Below are positions 20,596 through 30,575 of a DNA stretch of 64,000 nt, piece by piece. The stretch comes from Fibrobacteria bacterium (GTDB taxonomy: Bacteria > Fibrobacterota > Fibrobacteria > UBA11236). Every line of letters begins with the position of its first letter. Position 1 is the first letter of the stretch. Under the pieces are notes generated by a model. It worked only from the letters and a program-made list of their open reading frames with translations. It searched no databases and had not been told where the DNA came from. The stretch lies in NCBI GenBank assembly GCA_017881725.1, contig JADGQO010000026.1:5370-69369 (forward strand), in the 5' to 3' direction. The translations under genes were made by a program, and so were the position numbers.

Positions 20596-21930
20596 ATGCA
20601 TCTCACGGGATATTATTCATTGCTGTACCAATTACCGGTGGGGCTCATCGGATTGAGCCTGATGGTATTCGTGCATGAATTTGGACATTTCATCGTGGCC
20701 AAACGCGTGGGCGTGAAGGTGCATACGTTCTCGATCGGATTCGGGAAGAAATTGATCAAGTGGCGTCGCGGTGACACCGAATATTGCATCTCGGCCATTC
20801 CCTTCGGAGGCTATGTCGCCATGGCGGGTGAAAGTCCCGATGACGGCGGCTACGGCAACACCGATGAATTCCGCATGCGGCCCATTCCGGCCCGGCTGGC
20901 CATCGCGGTAGCGGGTCCGGCGGCGAACCTGCTTTTCGCATTTGTCATCCTGTTCGGACTCTACCTGTATGGAGTTCAAGAACCCAAGACGTCCATGGTG
21001 GTGGGCGAAGTGGAAGAGGGTTCCGCCGGCGAAAAGGCAGGGATCAAACGCGGCGACGAAATCCTGGCCCTGAACGGCAGTCCCGTCAAGGGGTGGGAAG
21101 AGTTCATGCAGGAAGTGGCCATGCAAGGCGGCCATCCCGTGCCCGTGAAAATCCGGCGCAATAACTCCCTGGATACCACCGTGCAAATGACTCCGGAGAT
21201 GAACCCCAAATTCGGAATCGCGTTGGCGGGCCTGACCGGCGAGGCCGACGTATTGGTCGCCCAGGTGATGCCCGGCAAACCGGCCGAGGCTGCGGGCCTC
21301 AAAGTCGGCGATAAAATTCTCTCCGTAGACGGCATCCGCATCCCTTCCGCCATGGCTTTGATTGAAATGGTGAACGGATCCAAAGGCGAACCCATCAAAT
21401 TGGCCCTGGTCCGGGACAGCGTCCAGCAAGTCAAGGAAATCCGCCCGGTGCTCGATGAGGGAACCAAGCGCTTTATCATCGGCATTTATCCCGGCGTCTC
21501 ACCGCCTACCGAATTGGTCAAGCGCGGCGTCGTCGGCGCGATGAAATTGAGCCTGCAAAAAAACGGGGAGTCCGCAACGCTGGTGATTAAAACCTTTTCG
21601 GGAATCCTGACGGGCAAGATCAAATTGAAGGCCTTATCCGGACCCATCGGCATCGTGCAAATGATCGCCGGCAGCCTGCGCCAGAGCTTGCAAAAGTTTC
21701 TGGAATTTATGGCCTTGCTCAACACCAACCTCGCCGTGCTCAATATCCTTCCACTGGCCATCACGGACGGCGGCGTCGTGGTGTTCCTTTTGTTGGAAGC
21801 GATTCGTCGTCGCCCGTTGAGCCTAACCACGCAACATGTCATCAACCGCGTAGGTTTCAGTTTCTTCCTGTTGTTGTTTCTGTTCGTGACCTTTCAGGAC
21901 ATCATCCGCATCCCCTGGTTTCTGAACTGA
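20596..21930 (+). CDS. rseP: RIP metalloprotease RseP (two PDZ domains)
   Basis: HEFGH, FSIGFG, PFGGYV, AGPAAN, NILPLAITDGG. Confidence 0.96.
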   Translation: MHLTGYYSLLYQLPVGLIGLSLMVFVHEFGHFIVAKRVGVKVHTFSIGFGKKLIKWRRGDTEYCISAIPFGGYVAMAGESPDDGGYGNTDEFRMRPIPARLAIAVAGPAANLLFAFVILFGLYLYGVQEPKTSMVVGEVEEGSAGEKAGIKRGDEILALNGSPVKGWEEFMQEVAMQGGHPVPVKIRRNNSLDTTVQMTPEMNPKFGIALAGLTGEADVLVAQVMPGKPAEAAGLKVGDKILSVDGIRIPSAMALIEMVNGSKGEPIKLALVRDSVQQVKEIRPVLDEGTKRFIIGIYPGVSPPTELVKRGVVGAMKLSLQKNGESATLVIKTFSGILTGKIKLKALSGPIGIVQMIAGSLRQSLQKFLEFMALLNTNLAVLNILPLAITDGGVVVFLLLEAIRRRPLSLTTQHVINRVGFSFFLLLFLFVTFQDIIRIPWFLN

Positions 21931-22018
21931 TGTTACGTGGCCGCGATGCGGTTCCTGGCCCGATGCAAGTCCTAGTCGGCGTCGGATCGGCGGAACCGCT
22001 TTCCTATATTTCTCCGCC

Positions 22019-23317
22019 ATGAATATTCTCATTATCGGCAACGGCGGACGCGAACACGCCATCGGCCTTAAGCTCTCGCAATCCCCGCAGAAACCCGTTT
22101 TGATTTTCGCCCCCGGCAATCCGGGCATGGAGGAATTGGGCTCCTGTTTTTCGATTTCCACGGATGATTTCCGAGGCCTGATCACCCTGGCGCAAACCCA
22201 GAAGGTGGACCTGACCGTGGTCGGACCGGAACAGCCCTTGGTCGGAGGAATCGTCGACGCTTTCCACGCCCAGGGCCTCAAGATTTTCGGGCCCACCCAG
22301 GCGGCAGCGGCTTTGGAAGGAAGCAAAGCCTTCTCCAAGGACTTTATGGGCCGCCATGGAATTCCCACCGCGCATTATCGGACTTTCCGCGCCTTGGAGC
22401 CGGCGCGAGCGCACTTGCGAGAGGTCGGCGCGCCCATCGTCATCAAGGCCAGCGGCCTGGCGGGCGGCAAGGGAGCCGTTGTTTGTATGACCATCCCGGA
22501 AGCCGAATCGGCCTTGCAGTCCATGTTGGGACCCAAAGCGATTTTCGGAGCCGCCGGTTCTGAAGTGGTCATGGAGGAATTCATGGAAGGCGAAGAGGCC
22601 TCGCTGTTCGCGCTCACGGACGGAAAGGATTTTGTATTGCTACCGTCCGCGCAGGATCATAAGCGCATCGGCGACGGCGATACCGGGCCCAATACCGGCG
22701 GCATGGGGGCTTATTCGCCCGCTCCCATCATGACCCCGGAACTGCTGGAAATCGTTTCCAAAACCATAGTCGCGCCCACGTTGCAGGGAATGCGCGAAGA
22801 GGGCGTCCCGTACCAGGGCATCCTTTTCGTAGGCTTGATGATGACGCGTCAGGGCCCGAAGGTCGTGGAGTACAATTGCCGCCTGGGAGATCCTGAAACC
22901 CAAGCGGTTTTGCCGATTCTACAAGAAGATTTTTTGGATTTGATTTTAGCTGCCGTGGAAGGGCGTATAGGCCAAATCGTCTTACAACCCTCGCAGCAAT
23001 GGGCCGCAGTTGTGGTCATGGCTTCCAAAGGCTACCCCGGACCGTACGAAACCGGCATACCGATTCATGGCCTGGACCAGGCCGGAAGTAATTCGGCCGG
23101 ATTACTTCCGGATGCGCATGCCGTCCACGCGGGTACACGCTATATGCAGGAAAAACTGGTTACCGGCGGCGGTCGGGTATTAGGCATGGTCGGACAAGGT
23201 CCATCTCTCGAGGCGGCCATCCGGGCGGCGTATACGGCAGTCTCCAAAGTCGAATTCGCAGGCATGCAATATCGCCGCGATATCGGTAAAAAAGGCCTGT
23301 CGAGAATGGTCTCCTAA
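22019..23317 (+). CDS. purD: Phosphoribosylamine--glycine ligase
   Basis: GNGGREHA, VVGPEQPL, QDHKRIGDGDTGPNTGGMGAYSP, RLGDPETQ. Confidence 0.99.
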   Translation: MNILIIGNGGREHAIGLKLSQSPQKPVLIFAPGNPGMEELGSCFSISTDDFRGLITLAQTQKVDLTVVGPEQPLVGGIVDAFHAQGLKIFGPTQAAAALEGSKAFSKDFMGRHGIPTAHYRTFRALEPARAHLREVGAPIVIKASGLAGGKGAVVCMTIPEAESALQSMLGPKAIFGAAGSEVVMEEFMEGEEASLFALTDGKDFVLLPSAQDHKRIGDGDTGPNTGGMGAYSPAPIMTPELLEIVSKTIVAPTLQGMREEGVPYQGILFVGLMMTRQGPKVVEYNCRLGDPETQAVLPILQEDFLDLILAAVEGRIGQIVLQPSQQWAAVVVMASKGYPGPYETGIPIHGLDQAGSNSAGLLPDAHAVHAGTRYMQEKLVTGGGRVLGMVGQGPSLEAAIRAAYTAVSKVEFAGMQYRRDIGKKGLSRMVS

Positions 23318-23322
23318 CCGGC

Positions 23323-24270
23323 ATGACTGACCCCAACGGTCCGGAACGTTCCTCTCGCTCCGGTTTTCTCCGCAGCCGTTCCCGCCCTCGACTGAGGTCG
23401 ATCATTTTCACTTGCGTCGTGGTGGTGACTCTCCCCTTCCAAACCACCTGGTCTAGAGCCCAAACCGCTCCCGCAACCCCGTCTCAAACCGCAAAACCTG
23501 TTCTGGTCGAAAAGCGCAAAGTCACTCATTCACCCACCACCTTAAAAACCGAATTCGAACCCATTGCGAGTCCAAAGGACTCCCTGCCCGTTCCCTTGCG
23601 AAAGCTGGACCAAAAAGCCTTGCAGGCGCCGGAAAAACTGCTTTTCGACATCATTTGGGGGGGATGGAGTTTCAGTTGGATCAATGCCGGGCAAGCCACG
23701 CTGGAATTGTTGCCCACGGATAAACCCTATCAGTGGAAAATCCAATCGCTGGCCCGCGGAAACAGTTTTTTCCAATCTTTTTATCCGGTTCAAGATACCG
23801 TCGCGTCCATCATTGATGCCCGGGGAATTTACCCCGTCCGTTTCGAAAAACATTTGCATGAGGGCACTTATAATGCCCATATAACGGCCTCGTATGACCA
23901 AAATTTGCATGTATTGCGCACCCAGGATACCTCGTTATCGATAGACCCCTTTACCCATGACGTCTTGTCCGCTTTTTATTTCATCCGCACCCAAAAGCTG
24001 AAAGTCGGCGACAGTCTGGAATTGGCCGCCGTTTCCGGAAAGAAGAAATACAATCTCAAAGTGCTTTGCCATGGACGGGAGGACGTCGAGGTTCCCGCAG
24101 GCAAGTTCCATACCCTGGTGGTTGAACCGGTTTTAAAAGAAGACGGCCTTTTCAAAGCCAAGGGTAAATTGACGATTTGGGTAACCGACGACGAAGCGCA
24201 TATGCCCGTCAAAATGCAGAGCAAAATCCCCGTCGGATCCATAAAAGCCGAACTGGTTTCCAAGGGATAA
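23323..24270 (+). CDS. DUF3108-like exported protein
   Basis: AGQATL, DVLSAFYFIR, VPAGKF, IWVTDDEAHMPVK..SKIPVGSI pattern. Confidence 0.75.
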   Translation: MTDPNGPERSSRSGFLRSRSRPRLRSIIFTCVVVVTLPFQTTWSRAQTAPATPSQTAKPVLVEKRKVTHSPTTLKTEFEPIASPKDSLPVPLRKLDQKALQAPEKLLFDIIWGGWSFSWINAGQATLELLPTDKPYQWKIQSLARGNSFFQSFYPVQDTVASIIDARGIYPVRFEKHLHEGTYNAHITASYDQNLHVLRTQDTSLSIDPFTHDVLSAFYFIRTQKLKVGDSLELAAVSGKKKYNLKVLCHGREDVEVPAGKFHTLVVEPVLKEDGLFKAKGKLTIWVTDDEAHMPVKMQSKIPVGSIKAELVSKG

Positions 24271-24423
24271 ACGCCCTCCCTCAATCCCTGTCCCTGTTTC
24301 CCTGACTCGAACTCTGGTTGGGCTCTTTAGCACGGCGCTTGGAAATTAATCGATGTTATATGGAAATCGTGTTATATTCCTTCATCATAAGCTGCATCGA
24401 ATCTTCCAACCCAGGAGACGCCC

Positions 24424-25080
24424 ATGACCGACTCGCATATGGATGATATTCAAGATGACAAACCCCTCTCCGGCGATTCCGGCCCGGCCCAGGAGATCGA
24501 AGAGGAGTTCGAGGAAGAAAGCGCCCTGCCGGCTGCGCCCGTGAGTACCGCGGCCGATAAGGACGAGGATGATTTATGGGATTCGGACGACGAAGAGGAA
24601 GCCGGTGAAGCCGCCGGATCCGCTGCCGCCGAACCCGCGATGCCGACGACCACTGCGAAGAAAGCCGCCGCGACCAAGAAGGTCGCCGCCGTGAAAAAAT
24701 CCGCGCCAGCTAAAAAAGCCCCCCCTGCCAAAAAACCAGCGCCGGTTAAAAAAGCTTCCGCCGGCAAAAAAGCCGCGCCCGCTAAAAAAGCCGGGTCCGC
24801 CAAGAAAGCGGTAGCCCCTAAGGCAACAGCCAAGAAATCCGCACCGGCTAAAAAAGCCGCCCCGAAAGCCAAAGCGAAGGGAAAAGGTCCCGCCAAAAAG
24901 ACGGGGCCCGTCCAAAGGCCGGGGGCCGCAAAAAAGGCTGGACCGATAAAAAAAGCCGGGGCCGCAAAAAAAGCGGCCCCGAAATCCAAGGCAAAAGGCA
25001 AAGCACCCGCGAAGAAAGCCGCACCCAAGCCGAAAGCAAAAGCCAAAAGCGTCGGCAAGGGAAAGAAAAAGAAGAAGTAA
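24424..25080 (+). CDS. Histone H1-like Lys/Ala/Pro-rich protein with acidic N-terminus
   Basis: D/E-rich first ~65 aa, then many xAKKA/PAKK repeats, ends KGKKKKK; SD AGGAG. Confidence 0.8.
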   Translation: MTDSHMDDIQDDKPLSGDSGPAQEIEEEFEEESALPAAPVSTAADKDEDDLWDSDDEEEAGEAAGSAAAEPAMPTTTAKKAAATKKVAAVKKSAPAKKAPPAKKPAPVKKASAGKKAAPAKKAGSAKKAVAPKATAKKSAPAKKAAPKAKAKGKGPAKKTGPVQRPGAAKKAGPIKKAGAAKKAAPKSKAKGKAPAKKAAPKPKAKAKSVGKGKKKKK

Positions 25081-25113
25081 CTTAGACGTTACCCTATCCA
25101 CTCTTCAAAATGG

Positions 25114-25151
25114 AAAAGCCCCTTCAGTGAAAATTGGAGGGGCTTTTATTT
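25114..25151. terminator. Bidirectional intrinsic terminator
   Basis: AAAAGCCCCT...AGGGGCTTTT stem with A/T tracts between convergent genes. Confidence 0.8.
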
Positions 25152-25184
25152 GGGGCGGTTCCAGTAAACCGTTGGCTTCCGCCG

Positions 25185-27299
25185 TTATCGGAACAACCGG
25201 AACCGGAGCGTCTTTTCTCCCGGAGCCAGGTTCACCACCGTGTCAATGGTAGGAAAGCTGCGGTGGGTCACTTCAACCTTGTGCCGACCGACTGATAATT
25301 CCTTGTCCTTCACGGGCGTCGTCCCGATGAAACGGCCATCCACGATGACCTCGGCGAAGGGTGGTGCCGAGGTGACGGTCAGGACGGCTTTTGCCGAAGT
25401 TCCCCCGGTGGGTTTGTCATTTCCGGTCCCAGGACCCTTACCGGAATTTCCGGTAGCGGCGTTTTCAACGCCCGTTGCCGCTCCCGGAGCAGGCTTTCCG
25501 TCGTGGCTTGAAGGCGTCTTCTGCGCGGACTGCACGGCCCCATTGTTTTCGGCGGTCATGCCGTCGCCATTGGTTGGGGAATGCTTTTCCGTAGTCGGGT
25601 TGCCGCCGGCCGATTTGCCCTGGAGCCCTTCCGCGGATGCGCCGGCCGCGGCCGAGGCTGCGGCCGCGCCTGAGGAACCGCCATTGGCTGCGGGGCCGGA
25701 TGCGGGCGAGACGATGATGTCCGCGGCGCTAACCTTGGTTTCATTCCCGACCACGATGGCCTTGACGGAGGTTTGCCCGGGCTTTTGACCCCATACTTCT
25801 CCATCTTGCACGGACGCGATGCTCGGATCGGCGCTTTCCCAGCGGATGGAGACGGTCGCCTCCGGCGGTTTGACGTCGACGAGGAATTTTCTTTTTTCAC
25901 CGGAATGCAGTTCCATGGAACCGGGTTGCAATGCGATCGCGGTAACACTTACGTTACGGGGTGCGGAAGGTTCCGAGGCGTTCCCCGCCCCGCTCTGGCC
26001 TCCGCCGCCGTGACGCATAGCCAAAATCAGGGCCGTCACCAGCAGGACGAATCCGAGCGCTCCGGCGCCGACCCACAGGCCGAGATTTTTTCCCCGGCTC
26101 GGGCCGCCGCGCGACCCCGTTCCGCGAGCATTTCCCCGCTGCGATTCCCCGTCCCCGAAATCCATGTCCTCTTCCGGCGCGCCGGCCTGCCAAGTTCCGG
26201 GTTTGGATTTTGCCGCCGCATCCGATTTCGATCCCGGACCGGATTTTATTCCCGTTCCGGATTTGACTTCCGCTTCCAACGAATCGCCGTCATCGGATTT
26301 TGACTTTTCGAATTTCATTCCGGGCTTCAACGGCGCCTTGGCTTTCGATCCCAAGTCGTCCGGGCCCGGCGCGGGGGTCAAATCGATAACGGTTTGATTG
26401 CCCATCTTGCCGATGGTTTCCAGGAACTCCTTGCTGAGGTCGGTGGGATCCAGCATTCCCTGTTGGTTCAAATACGTCCGCAATTGCAAGGACAACCAAC
26501 GCGCGCCTTTGCCGCGATTCTCCGGGGCCTTTTGCAACAACGTCTCGACCAGGTTTTCCAAAACCGGATCCACGTCCGGGATAATGGTGCCCAGGGACGC
26601 GTGGGGCATATCGCAAATGTTGCGCATGATGGTCGGAATGTTGGGACCCGAAAAAGGCTTCCGGCCGCTCAGGCAATAATAAAAGACCGCTCCGAGGGAA
26701 AACATGTCGGTTTGATGCGTCGGCTTTGAGCCATCGATTTGTTCCGGCGACATGAAATTGGGCGACCCGAGAATGCTGCCCGTAGCCGTCAGGTTCTGCT
26801 CGCTGATATGCGCGATGCCGAAATCCGCGATCTTCAGTTTTCCTTCCGACGTGAACATCATGTTCTCGGGCTTGATATCGCGATGTACGACGTTGAATTT
26901 TTCGGCCGTCGACAAACCTTCCGCGGATTGTAAAATCACGGCGGCGCACACTTTGGGATCCATCGGCTGACCGCCCAGAAGATTCAGGACGAATTGCAGG
27001 TTCGGGCCATCGATATATTCCATGACCAGGTATTGTTGGCCGTCCTCCAGGCCGTAGTCGAAAATCTCCACGATATTGGGATTGCGCAGGCTGGCGGCGG
27101 TTTTAGCCTCCACGGTGAAACGATCCAGCAGGTTGGAGTTGCTGGACAAATGGGAATGGATGACCTTGATCGCCACCATGCGGTTCAACGAGGGATCCTC
27201 AGCCAAATAAACCGTCGCCATCGCCCCTTGGCCCAATTTGGTCAAGGCGTTGTATCGTCCAAATTTTTGTTGGGTTGTGCCCTTGCTCGCTTTTGCCAT
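25185..27299 (-). CDS. Membrane Hanks-type Ser/Thr kinase with extracytoplasmic Ig-like (Big_2) and PEGA domains
   Basis: LGQGAMATVY, VAIK, HRDIKPEN, DFG, SPEQ; one TM; WESADPSIASV; SAPPFAEVIVDGRFIGTTP. Confidence 0.93.
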   Translation of the reverse strand: MAKASKGTTQQKFGRYNALTKLGQGAMATVYLAEDPSLNRMVAIKVIHSHLSSNSNLLDRFTVEAKTAASLRNPNIVEIFDYGLEDGQQYLVMEYIDGPNLQFVLNLLGGQPMDPKVCAAVILQSAEGLSTAEKFNVVHRDIKPENMMFTSEGKLKIADFGIAHISEQNLTATGSILGSPNFMSPEQIDGSKPTHQTDMFSLGAVFYYCLSGRKPFSGPNIPTIMRNICDMPHASLGTIIPDVDPVLENLVETLLQKAPENRGKGARWLSLQLRTYLNQQGMLDPTDLSKEFLETIGKMGNQTVIDLTPAPGPDDLGSKAKAPLKPGMKFEKSKSDDGDSLEAEVKSGTGIKSGPGSKSDAAAKSKPGTWQAGAPEEDMDFGDGESQRGNARGTGSRGGPSRGKNLGLWVGAGALGFVLLVTALILAMRHGGGGQSGAGNASEPSAPRNVSVTAIALQPGSMELHSGEKRKFLVDVKPPEATVSIRWESADPSIASVQDGEVWGQKPGQTSVKAIVVGNETKVSAADIIVSPASGPAANGGSSGAAAASAAAGASAEGLQGKSAGGNPTTEKHSPTNGDGMTAENNGAVQSAQKTPSSHDGKPAPGAATGVENAATGNSGKGPGTGNDKPTGGTSAKAVLTVTSAPPFAEVIVDGRFIGTTPVKDKELSVGRHKVEVTHRSFPTIDTVVNLAPGEKTLRFRLFR

Positions 27300-27475
27300 G
27301 CTGGGTGCGGAGCCAATGTTGAAACATCGCTGGTGGGCCGGAACAGCCCCGATACCGCCCTTTCATCCCGAAATTTAAAATACTTGCCCCTTCTTGCGGG
27401 CATGTCCCCGGGGGGAACGGGCTTTTTTTAACTTTTTGAAGCCAAACGGTCCCGTAACCTCGACTGGAGATCCGC

Positions 27476-30349
27476 ATGATTGCCAATTCTGTCCGAGCGA
27501 TTCTCGAAAAGCTGAATAAATACACCAAGAGCCTGCTCGAGGGCTCGGTCGGTTCCGCCGTCAATCGCTCTCATTATGAAATCACCCACAGTCACTTGCT
27601 GCTCCAGGCTTTGGAAGATGGCAAAGGCGATCTCTCGTACATCCTGGCCTATTTTAAAATCAACGAAGGCTTGTTTAAGAACGCGTTGCAGCAGGAATTG
27701 AAAGAGCTGCGCATGGGCAATACGGGACGGCCCGTGTTCTCGCCGACCTTCATGGATTTACTCGAAGCGGGTTGGGCCGAGTCCTCCCTCAATCTCGGCC
27801 AGCCGGAAGTACGCGTGGCCGGAATCGTGCTGGCGCTGAGGAAGCGCGCAGCGTCCATGTCGCGCGGCTTGGCGGACCAACTCGCCTTGATCAATGTGGA
27901 GACCTTGATTGGCAAATTCTCCGAGATTACGGCCCACTCCAAGGAAACGGCCGACGCGCCCCAGGGGGCCGAACGCAGCGCCGACGGCTCGGCGGCGGAA
28001 GGTTCCAATCTCCAACGCTTCACGGTGAATTTCACCGAGATGGCCCGCAAGGGAAAAGTCGATCCGATTTTCGGCCGCGACAATGAAATCCGCATGGTCA
28101 TCGACATCCTCTCGCGCCGCCGCAAGAACAACCCCATCATGGTAGGCGAAGCGGGTGTGGGCAAGACGGCCGTCATCGAAGGACTCGCGCTGCGCATCGC
28201 GCAAGGACAGGTACCGGACATCCTGAAGAACGTGGAAATCCGGGGCCTCGACATGGGCCTCATGGCCGCCGGCGCGGGCGTGCGCGGCGAATTCGAAAAC
28301 CGTTTGAAAGGCGTGATCAAGGAAGTGAAATCCTCGGCCACGCCGGTGATTCTTTTCATCGACGAAACCCACACCATCATCGGCGCCGGCGGCGAAGCGG
28401 GACAGAACGACGCGGCCAACCTGCTCAAGCCGGAAATGGCCCGCGGCGAATTGAAAATCATGGGCGCGACGACGATCACGGAGTTCAGAAAGTATTTCGA
28501 AAAGGATCCGGCCATGGCCCGCCGCTTCCAAATGGTGCGCGTGGAGGAACCGGATCCGGAAACCGCCGCCATCATGTTGCGCGGCTTGCGCACCAACTAC
28601 GAAAAATTCCACGGCGTCAAGATCACGTACGAAGGCGTGAAGGCCGCTTGCGAACTCTCGCACAAATACATCGCCGGACGGCAATTGCCGGATAAGGCCG
28701 TGGACCTGCTTGATACCGCAGCAGCGCGCGTGAAGATGGGACTGACTTCCAAGCCCCCGGTGTTGGTGAATCTGGAACAAGCCGTCGAGAATTTGAAAAT
28801 CGAAATCATCTCGTTGGAAAAAGATTTGGCCAACGGCATTTTGCCGGACACGGAAGGCTTGGAAAAGGCCCGCACGCGCCTGGAATTGGCCCAAGCGGAA
28901 GCCGCCGAAGTCGAAGCGCGTTGGACCATCGAGCTCAACGCCGTCAAGGAAATCATCGCCATGCAGGATCAGCTGACCGCAGGTCAGCCGCTGAGCTCTT
29001 CTGCTCAGTCGCTGTCCGCCGGGAAGCCCGCGCCGGCCGCGGGAGCCGCGGTCGCGGGAGCCACAGATGCGAAATCCGCGGACGGCAAAGACGCCGCAAC
29101 GCCGCTGACCGCCGAAGAGGAAGCGACCCTCCGCAAACAAATGGATTTCAAATGGAAAGCGCTGGAAGAATTGCAGGGTGAGACGCCCATGGTGCACGCA
29201 CATGTAGGCCGTGAAGTCATCGCGCAAATCATCGGGGAATGGACCGGCATCCCGGCGGGCAGCATGCTGAAGAACGAAGCGCAATCCCTGATCGATTTGG
29301 ACAAGACCATCAATGAGCGCGTGGTGGGCCAGGAAAAAGGCGTGGCGGAAATTGCCTCCACGCTACGCAGCGCCAAGCTGGGCTTGGGCAATCCGGAAGC
29401 GCCCATGGGCGTGTTCCTGGTCACCGGCCCGTCCGGCGTGGGTAAAACCGAGGTGGCCCGCGCCATTTCCGACATCCTTTTCGGCGGCGAGAAATTCGTC
29501 GTCACCATCAACATGAGCGAATACCAGGACAGCATGTCCATCACGCAGTTGAAAGGCGCCAGCGCGGGTTACGTCGGTTACGGAGACGGCGGCGTGCTCA
29601 CGGAAGGCGTGCGCAAGCGGCCTTACACGGTCGTCATCCTGGACGAAGTGGAAAAGGCGCATAAAGACGTCCTCAACATGTTCTACCAGGTTTTCGACAA
29701 GGGCATCCTGCGCGACGGCGAAGGCCGCGACATCAGCTTCCGCAACACGGTCATCATCATGACCAGCAATCTGGGCCTGGACACCATCACGCGCATCCAT
29801 GCCGAAGGCAGCGCCAACACGCTCGACGATTACCGCCAAGCTATTTTGCAGGAGCTGACCGATCATTTCGCACCCGCCCTGCTCGCCCGTTGCAAAGTCG
29901 TGCCCTTCCTCCCGCTGGATTCGGACGTACTGAAACGCATCGTGTTCCTCAAGCTCATGAAGCTCGGCAAGCGTCTCATGGATAAGCACAAGCTGGCCTT
30001 CGCCGTGGCGCCGGAAGTGGTCCGCGACATCGTCATGCTGTGCACCACGTCGCAAAGCGGAGCGCGCAATATCGATACCATCATCGACCAGCGGCTGATG
30101 CCGGAAATCACCAAGCATTTGCTTTTGCATATGGCCGAAGGTTCGACTTACACGCATCTTTTCCTGTCCTCGGACGATAAGGGCGGATTCAATTGCTCCT
30201 TCTCCGTGGGCGATTTCCAGATGCCGGAGCGTAACGAGGACGGCTCCATCGTCGATAACGGCGATGGCTCAACGAGCGAAGATACCACGGGCGATGACAC
30301 CTTGGTCATGGAACGCAGCGGCACGGACACGTCGGAACAGCCGGAGTAG
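27476..30349 (+). CDS. tssH: Type VI secretion AAA+ ATPase ClpV/TssH
   Basis: SHYEITHSHLL N-domain, RRRKNNPIMVGEAGVGKT, GRQLPDKAVDLLDTA, GPSGVGKTE, SGARNID; directly upstream of vgrG. Confidence 0.9.
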   Translation: MIANSVRAILEKLNKYTKSLLEGSVGSAVNRSHYEITHSHLLLQALEDGKGDLSYILAYFKINEGLFKNALQQELKELRMGNTGRPVFSPTFMDLLEAGWAESSLNLGQPEVRVAGIVLALRKRAASMSRGLADQLALINVETLIGKFSEITAHSKETADAPQGAERSADGSAAEGSNLQRFTVNFTEMARKGKVDPIFGRDNEIRMVIDILSRRRKNNPIMVGEAGVGKTAVIEGLALRIAQGQVPDILKNVEIRGLDMGLMAAGAGVRGEFENRLKGVIKEVKSSATPVILFIDETHTIIGAGGEAGQNDAANLLKPEMARGELKIMGATTITEFRKYFEKDPAMARRFQMVRVEEPDPETAAIMLRGLRTNYEKFHGVKITYEGVKAACELSHKYIAGRQLPDKAVDLLDTAAARVKMGLTSKPPVLVNLEQAVENLKIEIISLEKDLANGILPDTEGLEKARTRLELAQAEAAEVEARWTIELNAVKEIIAMQDQLTAGQPLSSSAQSLSAGKPAPAAGAAVAGATDAKSADGKDAATPLTAEEEATLRKQMDFKWKALEELQGETPMVHAHVGREVIAQIIGEWTGIPAGSMLKNEAQSLIDLDKTINERVVGQEKGVAEIASTLRSAKLGLGNPEAPMGVFLVTGPSGVGKTEVARAISDILFGGEKFVVTINMSEYQDSMSITQLKGASAGYVGYGDGGVLTEGVRKRPYTVVILDEVEKAHKDVLNMFYQVFDKGILRDGEGRDISFRNTVIIMTSNLGLDTITRIHAEGSANTLDDYRQAILQELTDHFAPALLARCKVVPFLPLDSDVLKRIVFLKLMKLGKRLMDKHKLAFAVAPEVVRDIVMLCTTSQSGARNIDTIIDQRLMPEITKHLLLHMAEGSTYTHLFLSSDDKGGFNCSFSVGDFQMPERNEDGSIVDNGDGSTSEDTTGDDTLVMERSGTDTSEQPE

Positions 30350-30575
30350 CCAAAGTTCGAACGCATCGGGAGCGCCACAACCTTCGGCGTCGTCGCGCGC
30401 TGCGGGTGCGCGCCGCGCCTTTCGGATGCGGAACGGATTTTGGGAACGCTGGATTGCAGCCCATTGACTGTGACCGGCATCACGTCTTCGGCCGCTGGAT
30501 TTTATTTCTTTTAGTGTCGAATCACATTTTCCGGTATATTGTGCGCCTCAGCACAGTCCAATGCCTGAGGGAATT

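Noticed and set aside
24640-25080. Repetitive DNA as a CRISPR or non-coding tandem array
   Set aside because: Degenerate codon-level repeats encoding AKKA; no constant repeat-spacer structure and no cas genes.
27385-27432. Hairpin plus T-tract upstream of clpV as a riboswitch or attenuator
   Set aside because: Only a short stem and no recognisable aptamer; cannot be supported.
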